This document shows positions 46,013 to 56,824 of a stretch of DNA of 64,000 nt, one piece after another (position 1 is the first letter of the stretch; every line of letters starts with the position of its first letter). A model generated the notes under the pieces. The model saw only the letters and a program-made list of their open reading frames with translations, did not search any database and was not told the origin of the DNA. A program made the position numbers and the translations under genes. This stretch comes from an uncultured Chloroflexia bacterium (GTDB lineage: Bacteria > Chloroflexota > Limnocylindria > Limnocylindrales > CSP1-4), in NCBI GenBank assembly GCA_963734535.1, contig CAVTHS010000008.1, forward strand, positions 489,155-553,154, in the 5' to 3' direction.

Positions 46013-48064
46013 CTAGGCGACCCGGACCGCGACGAGGGCGTCGACGGCGACCGCCAGGAAGAGCAGCGTCAGGTACGTGATCGAGAACTTGTAGAGCCGG
46101 ATCGCGCCGGCGGTCGTGCCCTCGACCGTGCCCTCCCGGGCGAGCCTCCCGGACTGCCAGAGGAAGATCGCGCCGAGCACGAGCGCCGCGACCAGGTAGA
46201 CCAGGCCCATCCTCGCCACCGCGAAGAAGACGAGGCTGACGGCGACCAGCAGCACCGTGTACAGGAAGATCTGGCGGGTCGTCTCGGCCGTGCCGCGAAC
46301 CACGGGCAGCATCGGCACCCCGGCCGCCGCGTAGTCCTTGGCGAGCCGAAGGCTGAGTGCCCAGAAATGGGGCGGCGTCCAGTAGAAGACGAGCGCGAAC
46401 AGCATGATCGCTGGCAGCTCGACGTTCCCGGTCACCGCCGCCCATCCGATCACCGGGGGGAGCGCGCCGGCCGCACCGCCGATGACGATGTTCTGGGGCG
46501 TCGTCCGCTTCAGGAGCATCGTGTACACGAAGACGTAGAAGCCGATGGCCAGCAGGGTCAGGAACGCCGCGACGAGGTTGACGAAGACAGCGAGCAGCCC
46601 GACCGAGAAGATCCCCAGCAGGATCCCGAAGACGAGGGCCTGATCCGGCTCCACGGCATGCGCGGGCAGTGGCCGTCGACGCGTCCGGGTCATCAGCAGG
46701 TCGATGTCGCGGTCGAGGTACTGGTTGATCGCGTTCGCTGCCCCGGCCGCGAGCGTCCCGCCGACGAGCGTCCAGAAGACGATGATCCCCCAGTTCGCCC
46801 AGTTCACGCCCGGCAGGTCACGGGTGGCCAGGACCATGGCAGGGATCGTCGTGATGAGCAGGAGCTCGATGATTCGCGGCTTCGTGAGCGCGACGTAGGC
46901 GCCCAGGGTCGCGCGGAACGGGCGCCGCGCGGCAGGGGCCGCCGGGGCGGCAGGGACGGCAGGGCCCGCATGGGCCGCGAGGCCCACAGCGGCCGCGGGG
47001 AACGGCGGATCGGGCCGATCCTGCGGGGCCGCCACCACGACCACCGCGACCGCCTCCGCGTGCACGATCGACGCTCCCGCGGTGGTCGACGGACCCGCAC
47101 CCGCGTCGGGGATGCCCGTCGGAACGCCGGAGCCCGGGCTTGCCGCGCCCTCGCGGACGCCCACCCGGGCGCCGTAGTAGCTGACGAAGACGGCCGCGAC
47201 CGCCGCCACCCAGATGAACGTGGCCAGCGCCACGTGCAGGGTCTGCGTCCATGGCGCGAGCTGGGTCCAGATCTGGAATGCGCCGACGACCGCCTGCACG
47301 GGGTAGAGCACGGCTGCGATCGTCACGAGCCGGAAGAGCGTTCGATTGCCGCGCTGGCCGCGCCACGCCGCGAGCCACGTCGCCGCGAGCAGAAGCCCGA
47401 CGATCACCGCCACGTACCGGTGGAGCGCATTCGTGACCGCCAGCAGCTGCGTCGCGGGCTGCATGTCCCCGAACGGCGGAATGATCGCGCCGCCCATGAG
47501 CGGCCAGTCCGGGAAGATGAGCGCGGCGTCGACGGAGGTGACGTTGCTTCCGAACAGGAGGAGCGCGTAGGCCGCGGCGGCCGTGAAGACCGCGAGCAGC
47601 GTGAAGCGCTGGCTGGCGCCGCGGCTCGCCATGCGCGCCGGATACGCGGCACGGACCAGCAGGAAGGCGAGCAGGCCGACCACGGCGAGCGCCGTCGCGA
47701 GGTGCGCCGTGACCGACGGACCGGAGTTGCCGAGGCGAACCGTCTCCCGCCCCAGCCACGCCTGGAACCCCACCAGGGCAACGGCGCCGATCGAGGGCAG
47801 CAGCAGGCTCAGCCGATCGCGGTGGTCGAGCACCGCGAGGACCGCGATCCCGAGCACGAGGACCCCGATCACCGCGGCGACGAGGCGGTGGACCCACTCG
47901 GCCCACGCCTTGAAGTCGCCGAGCGGCGGGATCACCTGGCCGTAGCAGAACGGCCAGTCCGGGCAGCCCATGCCGCTGCCGGTCGCGCGAACCACGACCC
48001 CCACGATGACGAGCGCGAGCGTCGTGGCGAGCGTCACGCCCACGAGCTTCTGGAACCGGGTCAC
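46013..48064 (-). CDS. ctaB: Heme A synthase-heme O synthase fusion (CtaA-CtaB)
   Basis: N-terminal GMGCPDWPFC, EWVHR; C-terminal LTKPRI, DRDID..M.RT..RP, YT..LKR.T.QNIVIGG, WTPPHF. Confidence 0.9.
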   Translation of the reverse strand: MTRFQKLVGVTLATTLALVIVGVVVRATGSGMGCPDWPFCYGQVIPPLGDFKAWAEWVHRLVAAVIGVLVLGIAVLAVLDHRDRLSLLLPSIGAVALVGFQAWLGRETVRLGNSGPSVTAHLATALAVVGLLAFLLVRAAYPARMASRGASQRFTLLAVFTAAAAYALLLFGSNVTSVDAALIFPDWPLMGGAIIPPFGDMQPATQLLAVTNALHRYVAVIVGLLLAATWLAAWRGQRGNRTLFRLVTIAAVLYPVQAVVGAFQIWTQLAPWTQTLHVALATFIWVAAVAAVFVSYYGARVGVREGAASPGSGVPTGIPDAGAGPSTTAGASIVHAEAVAVVVVAAPQDRPDPPFPAAAVGLAAHAGPAVPAAPAAPAARRPFRATLGAYVALTKPRIIELLLITTIPAMVLATRDLPGVNWANWGIIVFWTLVGGTLAAGAANAINQYLDRDIDLLMTRTRRRPLPAHAVEPDQALVFGILLGIFSVGLLAVFVNLVAAFLTLLAIGFYVFVYTMLLKRTTPQNIVIGGAAGALPPVIGWAAVTGNVELPAIMLFALVFYWTPPHFWALSLRLAKDYAAAGVPMLPVVRGTAETTRQIFLYTVLLVAVSLVFFAVARMGLVYLVAALVLGAIFLWQSGRLAREGTVEGTTAGAIRLYKFSITYLTLLFLAVAVDALVAVRVA

Positions 48065-48274
48065 CCAACCTCCGCCGTGCTCCCGGCGCGCGATCTGCGC
48101 TGCGGCGAGCACGCCTGCCTGGACGCCGGCGGATTGTAGCGTGACTCGCTCGCGGCGGCCCTCGAGCGCCCCGCTGGGCGATACGTGGCGGCGCGAAAGG
48201 CGCGCCCGTGGCGTCCCGCGCAACCGGCCATCGCCGCCGGAGCGATGTCGGGCCGGGAAGCGTACCCTCCGCGC

Positions 48275-49264
48275 GTGCATCCATCGGTCCGCCTCTCCAT
48301 TTCCGCATTGCTCGTCGCCGGGCTCCTCGCCGCCTGTGCAGGGAGCGTCGCCACCAGCCCGACACCGGGGACGGCGGACGCGTCGGCGGTTGCTCCCGCC
48401 GGCAGCGCGTGCAACACCGACGCGCTGCCGGGCTGGCCGAAGGCCGGCCAGGTGACCACCAGCGGCATCATCCCGGTCCTCGCCAGCTCCGAGAAGGTCG
48501 TGGGCAAGGGCCGGCTCGTGTTCTCGCTGATCGACCAGGCCAACAAGCCGGTGGCGTCGCCCGACATCCACCTGCAGATGGCGTTCTTCGACCTCTGCGC
48601 CAGCGCGACCACGCCGACCGAGACGGTGGCGCCGATCTTCGCCTGGGGGATCGTCGGCCAGCGCGGCTTCTACATCGCGACCCCGACGTTCACGACCGCC
48701 GGCACGTGGGGCGTCGCGATCAGCGCCACGGACGCGGCCGGGAAGCAGACCACCGCGCGGATGCAGTTCTCGGTCGATGCGAGCGGCACCACGCCCGCGA
48801 TCGGGGCCGCCGCCCCATCGGTGAAGACGCCCACGCTCGCCGACGTCGGTGGCGACGTGACGAAGATCAGCTCCGACCCCAGCCCTGACCCATCGCTCTA
48901 CACCGAATCGGTCGACCAGGCGCTCAAGGCTCGGGAGCCGTTCGTCCTGGCATTCGCGACGCCGGCGTTCTGCAAGAGCGCCGAGTGCGGCCCGACGCTC
49001 GACACCGTGAAGGCCGTGGTCAAGGCGAACCCGATCCGGGCCATCAACGTGGAGCCGTACCAGCTCACCTGGACGAATGGTCGCCTCCAGCCCGTGCTGG
49101 CCAACGGGGACTTCGTGACGGTCGAGGCAACGAACGTCTACGGCATCCCGACGGAGCCCTGGATCTTCGTCATCGGCGCGTCGGGCAAGGTCGTGGCCTC
49201 GTTCGAGGCGGTCGTCGCGCCCGACGAGCTGGCCGCGGCGATCAAGGCCGCGAAGTCCGGCTGA
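48275..49264 (+). CDS. Lipoprotein with thioredoxin-like C-terminal domain
   Basis: Lipobox LAAC; FATPAFCKSAECGP; TEPWIFV. Confidence 0.75.
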   Translation: MHPSVRLSISALLVAGLLAACAGSVATSPTPGTADASAVAPAGSACNTDALPGWPKAGQVTTSGIIPVLASSEKVVGKGRLVFSLIDQANKPVASPDIHLQMAFFDLCASATTPTETVAPIFAWGIVGQRGFYIATPTFTTAGTWGVAISATDAAGKQTTARMQFSVDASGTTPAIGAAAPSVKTPTLADVGGDVTKISSDPSPDPSLYTESVDQALKAREPFVLAFATPAFCKSAECGPTLDTVKAVVKANPIRAINVEPYQLTWTNGRLQPVLANGDFVTVEATNVYGIPTEPWIFVIGASGKVVASFEAVVAPDELAAAIKAAKSG

Positions 49265-49379
49265 GCGCGGCCCGGGCGGTCGCGGCCGGCGAGCGCGACC
49301 GGGCGGGCGCGGCCGGCCGACGGCCCCCGGACGTGACCGGCGGCCTCCAAGGCCCGGCACGCGCCGGTCGCCCGGCCCG

Positions 49380-50939
49380 CTACTCGGGGTAGCCCGTGAT
49401 CGCCCGGATCTCCTCGTAGAGCGGCCGAAGGCGCGCGTACATCGGCAGGTAGACGCGCCGGTAGAGCGCGTCGTAGCGAGCCTGGGCGGTCGGGTCGGGG
49501 TCGCGAACCTCGGCCAGGCGCGTCATCGCGGCCACCGCCGCGTCGAACGAGGGATGGATCCCGAGGCCGACGGCAGCATCGATCGCGGCACCGAGACCGG
49601 ACGTCTCGAACGTGTGCGGCCGTCCCACGGGCAGTCCGAAGACGTCGGCCGTGATCTGGACGACGCGATCCGAGCGCGCCCCGCCCCCCGAGACGCGCAG
49701 CGCAGTGATGGGGACCTTCGTGCGCCGCTCGGTCCGTTCCTTCGCCTCGCGAAGCGCGTACGCCAGCCCTTCGACGACAGCCCGATAGAGGTGCGCGCGG
49801 CCGTGGACATCGCCGAATCCGATCGCGGCGCCCTTCGCCTCGGGCCCCGGGAGCCGGACGCCCGGCGAGAAGGTCGGCTGGAGGATGAGGCCCATCGCGC
49901 CGGGCGGAGTGGTCGCGAGGAGCTCGTCGAGGACGTCGACCGGGTCGATCCCACGGGCCAGCGCGGCCGCTTCCTCGGCTGCCCCGAACTCGCGGCGGAA
50001 CCACTCCACGAGCCAGAAGCCGCGGTAGACCTGGATCTCCAGGCTCCATGCCCCCGGGACCGCCGCGGGGTACGGCGGGACGAGCGGCACGGCCTCCACG
50101 TAGCGCCGGTGCGTGGAGTTGAAGGTGGCCGTCGTCCCGAACGAGAGCGCGCCCAGGTTCGGGGCAAGGCAGCCGGAGCCCAGGACCTCGCAGGCCTTGT
50201 CGGCGCCCGCCGCGATGACGGGCGTGCCGGCAGGCAGGCCGAGGTGCGCGGCCGCGCCCGGCGTGAGCGCGCCCAGCTCCGCTCCGGACGTGACGAGGTC
50301 CGGCAGCATCGCCGGGTCGAGCGGGGCGACGCGCCACTTCCAGTCGCCGCGACCGGCCCAACGGCGGCGCCTGAAGTCGAACGGGAGATAGCCCACCTGG
50401 GCGGCGTCCGCGTCGACATAGCGGCCCACCAGCCGGTGGACCAGGAACCCCGAGAGGAGCAGGAACTTCGCCGTGCGCGCCCAGGTGTCGGGCTCGTTGA
50501 CGCGCAGCCAGTTCGCCTCGGCGTCGGCCTGGAACGCGGCCACCGTGTCCCGCACGCCGAGCACGCGGAACGCGAGGCCGTTGATCCCGCCGACCTGCGG
50601 CAGGCCGGGGGTCCGGCGCTGGTCGAGCCAGACGATCGCCGGCCGAAGGGGCGCGCCGTCCCGATCGACGACCACGACCGTGCCGCGCTGGGTCGTGAGC
50701 GCCACGCCGGCCACCGCGTCGCGCCGGGCGGCGGGATCCGCCCAGAGAGCCGTGCAGGCCTGGCCGATCGCGGTCCAGTACACCTCCGGGTCCTGCTCCG
50801 CCCACCCCGGGTGGGGCGAGACGTACGGCTCGATCGCGATCTTCGCCTTCGCGGCGAGCGATCCATCCGGCCCGAACAGGAGCGCGCGGACGCTCTGCGT
50901 CCCGACGTCGATCGCCAGGACGTGATCGGCGGCGGTCAT
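49380..50939 (-). CDS. FGGY family carbohydrate kinase
   Basis: Motifs [32 protein letters not shown]. Confidence 0.9.
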   Translation of the reverse strand: MTAADHVLAIDVGTQSVRALLFGPDGSLAAKAKIAIEPYVSPHPGWAEQDPEVYWTAIGQACTALWADPAARRDAVAGVALTTQRGTVVVVDRDGAPLRPAIVWLDQRRTPGLPQVGGINGLAFRVLGVRDTVAAFQADAEANWLRVNEPDTWARTAKFLLLSGFLVHRLVGRYVDADAAQVGYLPFDFRRRRWAGRGDWKWRVAPLDPAMLPDLVTSGAELGALTPGAAAHLGLPAGTPVIAAGADKACEVLGSGCLAPNLGALSFGTTATFNSTHRRYVEAVPLVPPYPAAVPGAWSLEIQVYRGFWLVEWFRREFGAAEEAAALARGIDPVDVLDELLATTPPGAMGLILQPTFSPGVRLPGPEAKGAAIGFGDVHGRAHLYRAVVEGLAYALREAKERTERRTKVPITALRVSGGGARSDRVVQITADVFGLPVGRPHTFETSGLGAAIDAAVGLGIHPSFDAAVAAMTRLAEVRDPDPTAQARYDALYRRVYLPMYARLRPLYEEIRAITGYPE

Positions 50940-51032
50940 CGCACCGTCGTCGCGGGCGAACCGGCATCGATGCCCGCGGGGGAGCATCGCCGTCGGCATC
51001 GAGGCCCGCGGGCGGAGGACCGCCGCCCGCAT

Positions 51033-52675
51033 CTACCGGGCCGGGAGGCGCGTAGTCGCTCCCCCAGAGCGCTCGATAGGCGGCTTCCTCCGCGTCCCAG
51101 CGCGCGTCGCTCCAGCGCAGCTCGGGCTGCGCGATCTCCCGTACGCGACCCAGGACCGCGGCCCCGCCCCCCGGGAGGGTGAGCCCCAGGCGGACCCGGC
51201 GCAGGAGGAGGTCCTCGAGGCGCACCACACCCTCGGCGCGCGCCGCCCAGCGGACCTCCGCCCAGGCGGAGGCGGTGCCGGGGATCCGCGCGAAGTCGTC
51301 GAGCGCGCCCCGCTCCGCCGCTGCCGCAAGGAGCAGGGAGGTCGCCCGGCCGTGACGGCCCGCGAGGCGCCGCAGGTCGTCGGCGGGCAGGTCGTGCGCG
51401 CCGGGGCCGAGGTCACTGCCACGCGGCGCGGGCACCGGATCGACCGGGGGGTCCGCCGCGGGGAGGCCCACCGTCACGCGCCCCGCGAAGCGCGGCCGGA
51501 GCGCCCGCAGGGCCTCGCGGGCCAGCACGTCGAACGTCGTGAGCTTGCCGCCCGTCAGCGTGAGGAGGCCGTGCTCATCCCAGGCCGCGTGGTCGCGCGA
51601 TTCCTTCGACGGGTCGGCGCGACCGGTTCCGATCACCGGCCGGACCCCCGCGAACGACGCGATCGCGTCCTCCGGGCCGAGGTCGAGGGCCGGGAACGCG
51701 GCGGCCATCGCGTCGGCCAGGTAGGCGGCCTCGTCGAGCGAGATGCGAGGCTCGACGTCGAGATCGCCGTGGTGATCGACGTCGGTGGTCCCGACGAGCG
51801 TGACGCCCTCCCAGGGGAACGCGAAGACGGGCCGCCCATCGGCGGGGTGGCTGACGCTCACCGCCTGCGCAACCGGGAATCGCCACGCCGGGAAGACCAG
51901 GTGCGAGCCGCGCAGGGGCCGGATTCGCGGCGCCGCTCCAATCTTGCCGCGCAGCCGGTCCGCCCACGCGCCCGTGGCGCTCACGGTGGCGGTCGCGCGG
52001 ACGTCGACGGAGCGACCCGCGTCGAGCGCGTCGCGGACGCGGGCACCGACGACCATGCCGCCGCCCGCATCGCGCAGCACGTCCTCCGCCGTGGCGTAGG
52101 TGAGGATCGTCGCGCCGGCCGCCACCGCGTCGAGGGCGACCCGGAACGTCAGGCGCGCGTCGTCCGTCTGCGCGTCGGCGTACCGGAAGCCGCCGGTCAG
52201 CCCGGCCAGGCCGGAGGCGGGGCGCGAGCAGCTCCAGCTCGGATCGCCGCAGGCGGCGGTGCGTCCGACGGCCGGCGAGGACGTCGTACATCTCGAGGCC
52301 TGCCGTGTAGGTCCAGCGGCCAGGCGACGTGCCCCGATAGGTGGGCATGAGGAAGCCGAGCTCGTCGACGAGCCCCGGGGCGGCCCGCAGGAGACGCTCA
52401 CGCTCGCGGACGGAGTCGCGCACGACGCCGACCTGGCCCTCCCGCAGGTATCGCAGGCCGCCGTGCACGAGCTTCGACGAGCGCGAGCTGGTGCCCCAGG
52501 CGAGATCGCGCTGCTCGACGAGGAGGACGTGGAGGCCGGCCCGGGCAGCCCGCCGCGCAATTCCCGCGCCGCTGATCCCGCCGCCGACGACGAGCACGTC
52601 CCACGGCCCCGCGAGCCGCTCCCACGCCTCGTCGCGCCAGCCCGGCCGGAGCATTGGGACGGCGGGCGGGATCAT
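51033..52675 (-). CDS. glpD: Glycerol-3-phosphate dehydrogenase/oxidase family (frameshift near 52210; 3' end uncertain)
   Basis: VVGGGISGAG, GTSSRSSKLVHGGLRYL in one frame; DAQTDDARL, GTTD, GVRP, GGKLTT in another. Confidence 0.75.
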
Positions 52676-54273
52676 GATGCGTCCCCGAGGAGGACCCCGG
52701 GATGCATCCGGCCGGCAGGGTCGAAACGGTGGGCAACCTCGGCGAGGACGGCCATCCCGAGGATTCCCTTCTCGGCGGGGAGGTACGGGGCGTGGTCAGT
52801 TCCGACGCCGTGCTGGTGGCTGATGGTGCCGCCTCGCCGAACGATCGCGCTGGATGCGAGCGCCTTGAGGCGCCGCCATCGGGCGAGCGTCACGTCCGGG
52901 TCGCCGGCCAGCCGGAAGAGGAACGTCGTGTAGAGGCTGCTGCCGGTCGGGTAGACGTGCGAGAGGTGGGTGAAGGCGTGGACCCGCTCGCCGTCCGCGG
53001 CCAGCCCGGCACGGAGCGCCGGGGCCAGCTCCCGCGCGAGCACGTCGACCGACGACCACGGGACGGCCGTCTCCAGGGTGTCGACGGCATAGCCGGCGTC
53101 CCACAGCGCGTTGCGCAGGTACGGCGTGCGGAACCTGCCGGCCTGCCACTGGCGCCCGAGACGTCCGGGAGCACGCACCGCCCCGAGATCGCGAGCGATC
53201 TCCGTGACGCCGGCCAGGGTGGCCCGGACCAGCCGGCGGGGCCCGGCCAGGCCCAGCAGGACCATGCACCGTCCGGGACCGGCGCCGCGTGCCGCCAGGT
53301 AGCGCCGCAGCGCCCGCAGCACCGCCTCGTGCCCGGCCAGGGCGAGGTTCGTATAGGTCTCGGCCGGGGTGGAGGTGCGGATCATCGTGATCGGGAGCCG
53401 GGCCCGCGCCAGTGCGCGGGTGAACGCGAGGGCGCGCTCCCAGTCCGGCAGGAAGAAGGTCGGGAAGACCTCGACGTCGGGAAGCGGTGCGACCCGCAGC
53501 ACGGCTTCCGTGACGATCCCGAGCCGGCCCTCCGAGCCGAGCACCAGCTGGCGGAGGTCCGGGCCGGCCGCCGATGCCGGGTGCGGCGGCATCTCCAGCG
53601 TGCCGGCCGGCGCCTCCAGCGTCCCGCCGGCGAACAGCGCCTCGATCCGGCCGAAGCCGACCGACTGCTGGCCGGAGCTCCGCGTGGCGACCCAGCCGCC
53701 CACGGTCGAGTACTCGAAGCTCTGGGGGAAGTGCCCAAGCGTCAGGCCGCGCGCACGGAGAACCGCCTCCACGTCGGGACCGACCGTGCCCGCCCCGAAC
53801 GTCGCGAGGAGGCCGTCCGCGTCGAGGCGTCGCAGGCCGGCGAGCCGCGCGAGCGAGATGGTCAGCCACGGGGCACCGTCGTCGCCCGGGGTCACGCCGC
53901 CCACCACGCTCGTGCCCCCGCCGTAGGGAATCACCCGTGCCCCGGCCGCCTCCGCGTACGCGAGGAGGTCGCGCACCTCGGCACCGTCCGCCGGGAACGC
54001 GACGCCGTCGGGGACCGCGCCCGGGCGGCCGCTCCGGAGCGCGAGCCAGTCCGGGAGGCTCTGGCCGCGTGCGTGACGCAGCCGCGTCTCCGCGTCGACG
54101 ACGACCGACGGATGCGCGGGAAGCCGGCCGGGCGGGATCGCGGCGACCACGTCGGCGAGCGCCGCGGCCGGCGGCGGGGTCCCCTCACCCACCAGGCGCG
54201 CGAGGGTGGCGGCCCCGGCGGCTGGAACGGCATCGGCGATGGAGTCGTCGCCCCAGCCGTTCCAGCGTCGCAT
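52672..54273 (-). CDS. FAD-binding oxidoreductase, alkylglycerone-phosphate synthase-like
   Basis: Motifs WNGWG, PYGGGTSVVGG, HFPQSFEYST, GSEG, TLET, HLSHVY, SHQHGVG. Confidence 0.88.
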   Translation of the reverse strand: MRRWNGWGDDSIADAVPAAGAATLARLVGEGTPPPAAALADVVAAIPPGRLPAHPSVVVDAETRLRHARGQSLPDWLALRSGRPGAVPDGVAFPADGAEVRDLLAYAEAAGARVIPYGGGTSVVGGVTPGDDGAPWLTISLARLAGLRRLDADGLLATFGAGTVGPDVEAVLRARGLTLGHFPQSFEYSTVGGWVATRSSGQQSVGFGRIEALFAGGTLEAPAGTLEMPPHPASAAGPDLRQLVLGSEGRLGIVTEAVLRVAPLPDVEVFPTFFLPDWERALAFTRALARARLPITMIRTSTPAETYTNLALAGHEAVLRALRRYLAARGAGPGRCMVLLGLAGPRRLVRATLAGVTEIARDLGAVRAPGRLGRQWQAGRFRTPYLRNALWDAGYAVDTLETAVPWSSVDVLARELAPALRAGLAADGERVHAFTHLSHVYPTGSSLYTTFLFRLAGDPDVTLARWRRLKALASSAIVRRGGTISHQHGVGTDHAPYLPAEKGILGMAVLAEVAHRFDPAGRMHPGVLLGDAS

Positions 54274-54398
54274 GCGGAGATGATGCGCTCGTGCGCGCCG
54301 GCGCGTCACCGTCCTCCGACGGGCGCCCTGCGGAGCGAGTCGTCCACGTCGCTCCCGCGGCCCTATCCTTGCGGGAGCAACCCGGGAGGAGATGGAAC

Positions 54399-55382
54399 GT
54401 GGAGCTTCGACGTCTCGGCAGGACCGGGCGCATGGTCAGCACGATCGGCTTCGGCGCATGGGCGATCGGTGGCGACTGGGGCAGCGTCGACGATGCCGGC
54501 AGCCTTCGCGCGCTCCACGCGGCCGCCGATGCGGGCGTGACCCTCTTCGACACCGCCGACGTCTACGGCGACGGGCGCAGCGAGCGGCTGGTCGGGCAGC
54601 TCCTCCGGGAGCGGAGCGGCGAGTCGCTCTTCGTCGCGACGAAGATGGGCCGTCGGGCGCCCCTCGACATGGCCCTCTACACGCCCGAGGCATTCCGCGG
54701 CTGGGTCGACCGGAGCCGCGACAACCTGGGCGTCGACCGCCTGGACCTCGTGCAGCTCCACTGCCTCCCGACGGCGATCTACTACCGCCCGGAGATCTTC
54801 GCGGCACTCGACGATTTGGTGGCCGCGAACGCGATCGCCGCCTACGGGGTGAGCGTGGAACGCGTCGAGGAGGCGCTCAAGGCCATCGAGTTCCCCGGCG
54901 TCGCCTCGGTCCAGATCATCTACAACATCGTTCGTCAGCGACCCGCCGAGCGCTTCCTTGCCGAGGCGGCACGTCGCGACGTCGGCGTCCTGGCCAGGGT
55001 GCCCCTCGCCTCCGGGCTCCTCACCGGCAAGCTGTCGAGGGCGACCGTCTTCGACGAGTCAGACCATCGTCGCTTCAATCGGCACGGCGAGTCGTTCGAC
55101 GTGGGCGAGACGTTCGCGGGCGTCGACTACGAGACGGGCCTCGCCGTCGTCGAGGAGCTCCGTTCGCTGGTGCCGACGGACGCCACGCTGGCGCAGATGT
55201 CGCTCCGCTGGATCCTCATGTCGGAAGCGGTCACGGCCGCGATCCCAGGAGCGAAGACGCCCGAGCAGGCACGCGCGAATGCCGCGGCGGCGGACCTGGC
55301 CCCGCTCCCGGCCGCTACGATGGAGCAGATCGCGCGCCTCTACCGGGAACGCATCAGGCCGCTCGTCCACCAGCGCTGGTAG
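54399..55382 (+). CDS. Aldo/keto reductase
   Basis: Motifs GFGAW, FDTADVYG, ATK, DLVQLH, PLASGLL, IPGAK. Confidence 0.92.
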   Translation: MELRRLGRTGRMVSTIGFGAWAIGGDWGSVDDAGSLRALHAAADAGVTLFDTADVYGDGRSERLVGQLLRERSGESLFVATKMGRRAPLDMALYTPEAFRGWVDRSRDNLGVDRLDLVQLHCLPTAIYYRPEIFAALDDLVAANAIAAYGVSVERVEEALKAIEFPGVASVQIIYNIVRQRPAERFLAEAARRDVGVLARVPLASGLLTGKLSRATVFDESDHRRFNRHGESFDVGETFAGVDYETGLAVVEELRSLVPTDATLAQMSLRWILMSEAVTAAIPGAKTPEQARANAAAADLAPLPAATMEQIARLYRERIRPLVHQRW

Positions 55383-55438
55383 CCTCGGGTTGGCAGCGTG
55401 GGGGCCCGCCCCGTACACTCGCGTGCAAGGAGGAACAC

Positions 55439-55510
55439 ATGGGCGACAAGACACCAAAGCGTCCGCCGAAGCCGAAGAAGCCGAAGACACCGACCGCCGC
55501 GACTCGCTAG
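55439..55510 (+). CDS. Tiny basic peptide (23 aa)
   Basis: Strong SD AAGGAGG before ATG; MGDKTPKRPPKPKKPKTPTAATR. Confidence 0.55.
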   Translation: MGDKTPKRPPKPKKPKTPTAATR

Positions 55511-55564
55511 ACGCGGGCGCACGGCGGCGTCCGGCTTACGTCGGGCGGCGTCCCGCGCCGAACC

Positions 55565-56242
55565 TCAGGCGCCCGCAGCGCCCGTGCTCCCCGGCGCGTG
55601 GAGCGGCGTGCCCGCGGCGCAGCCCGGGCAGGAGCCCTCGCCGGGTTCGAAGGTCGGGATCTCGAGCTGCCACAGGCCCTGGACGGGATAGCGTCGCCCG
55701 GTCTCCGGCGAGGCGAGGACAGCGGTTCCGCCCGAGCGGTCGGCCATCACGAAGCAGGCCACGATCTCGCCCCCGGCCGCCTCCACGGGCGGCAGCATGG
55801 CGAGCAGTGAGCCGCCCGTCGTGAGGATGTCGTCCACCAGCAGGACCTTCTCGCCCGGCTCGATCCGGAAGCCGCGCCGGAACTCGCGGCGTGTCGTCCC
55901 ATCGGCGCTGCGAACCTCCTCGGCGAAGATGCCGCGCACGCCGAGCTGGCGCGCCGTCTCGAACGCGAGGACGATCCCGCCCGTCGTCGGCCCGGCCACC
56001 ACGTCCACCATCGCCCGGCCGTCGGCGCCGCGCGCCGCAGCCGCCCAGAGCGAGCACAGCTCGCTCGTGATGGCCGGGTCCTGGAGGAGCAGGAACTTCT
56101 CCAGGTATCGCTCGCTGTGGCGGCCGGACTTGAGCAGGAAATGCCCGTCCTTCAGGGCGCCGGCGCGCTGGAACAGGGTTTCGGTGCGGGCGCCGATCGC
56201 GGCACGTGCGGCGGCGTCGAGGGCCGGGCGGATCGTGGTCAT
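55565..56242 (-). CDS. pyrE: Orotate phosphoribosyltransferase
   Basis: Motifs GHFLLKSGRHS, LLVDDILTTGGS. Confidence 0.92.
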   Translation of the reverse strand: MTTIRPALDAAARAAIGARTETLFQRAGALKDGHFLLKSGRHSERYLEKFLLLQDPAITSELCSLWAAAARGADGRAMVDVVAGPTTGGIVLAFETARQLGVRGIFAEEVRSADGTTRREFRRGFRIEPGEKVLLVDDILTTGGSLLAMLPPVEAAGGEIVACFVMADRSGGTAVLASPETGRRYPVQGLWQLEIPTFEPGEGSCPGCAAGTPLHAPGSTGAAGA

Positions 56243-56477
56243 GCGTTGATTCTAGCCAGGCTCGAGGGTGATCGGCGGATCCCGGGGCGCAGGCGTCCGG
56301 GGACACAGGCGCCCGGGGGCACTTCCCCTCGATGGGACAAATGCACCTCGGCGGGAGGGGTCACGCGGGACTGGGGGACCCTCCGCGGCCCATCGACGAG
56401 GAGCATCCGTCGTGAGGGAGCGCGTCATTACTGATCGTCATGACACCGGAAGGCAATCCATCTACCCTGCGTCTGCT

Positions 56478-56603
56478 ATGGATCTTCTCAGCGCCGGGGG
56501 CTGGACGACCCTCATGGCTGCCTTCATCTTCGTCTTTGGTCTGGCCGTGCTCGCCGGGGCCGGCGTGGGGTTCATCCTCGGGGACCGCGGGCAGCTCCCG
56601 TAG
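56478..56603 (+). CDS. Small single-TM peptide (41 aa)
   Basis: MDLLSAGGWTTLMAAFIFVFGLAVLAGAGVGFILGDRGQLP; possibly leaderless. Confidence 0.45.
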   Translation: MDLLSAGGWTTLMAAFIFVFGLAVLAGAGVGFILGDRGQLP

Positions 56604-56824
56604 CATCGGGCGCAGGTCCCCCGGCTCCGCAACGGGCGGCTCCGCTTCGGAGGATCGGGCACCAGTCGGGCGACTGCGTGCCGCCTGGGTTCCCGACCCT
56701 GGCGTAGATAGCGCGCGCCGTGGTCCAGGGTCCGATGCCGCGCCAAGGCTCGAAGCAGGCCCGCCTGACACAGGAGCGCCGATGGCACGGTCGCGGCACG
56801 CGACAGCGCGCTGCGCCGTCGGCC

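Noticed and set aside
46013-49360. 1115-aa version of the heme synthase ORF
   Set aside because: The first ~430 aa are antisense to the lipoprotein gene; the real start is GTG 48064 after SD GGAGG
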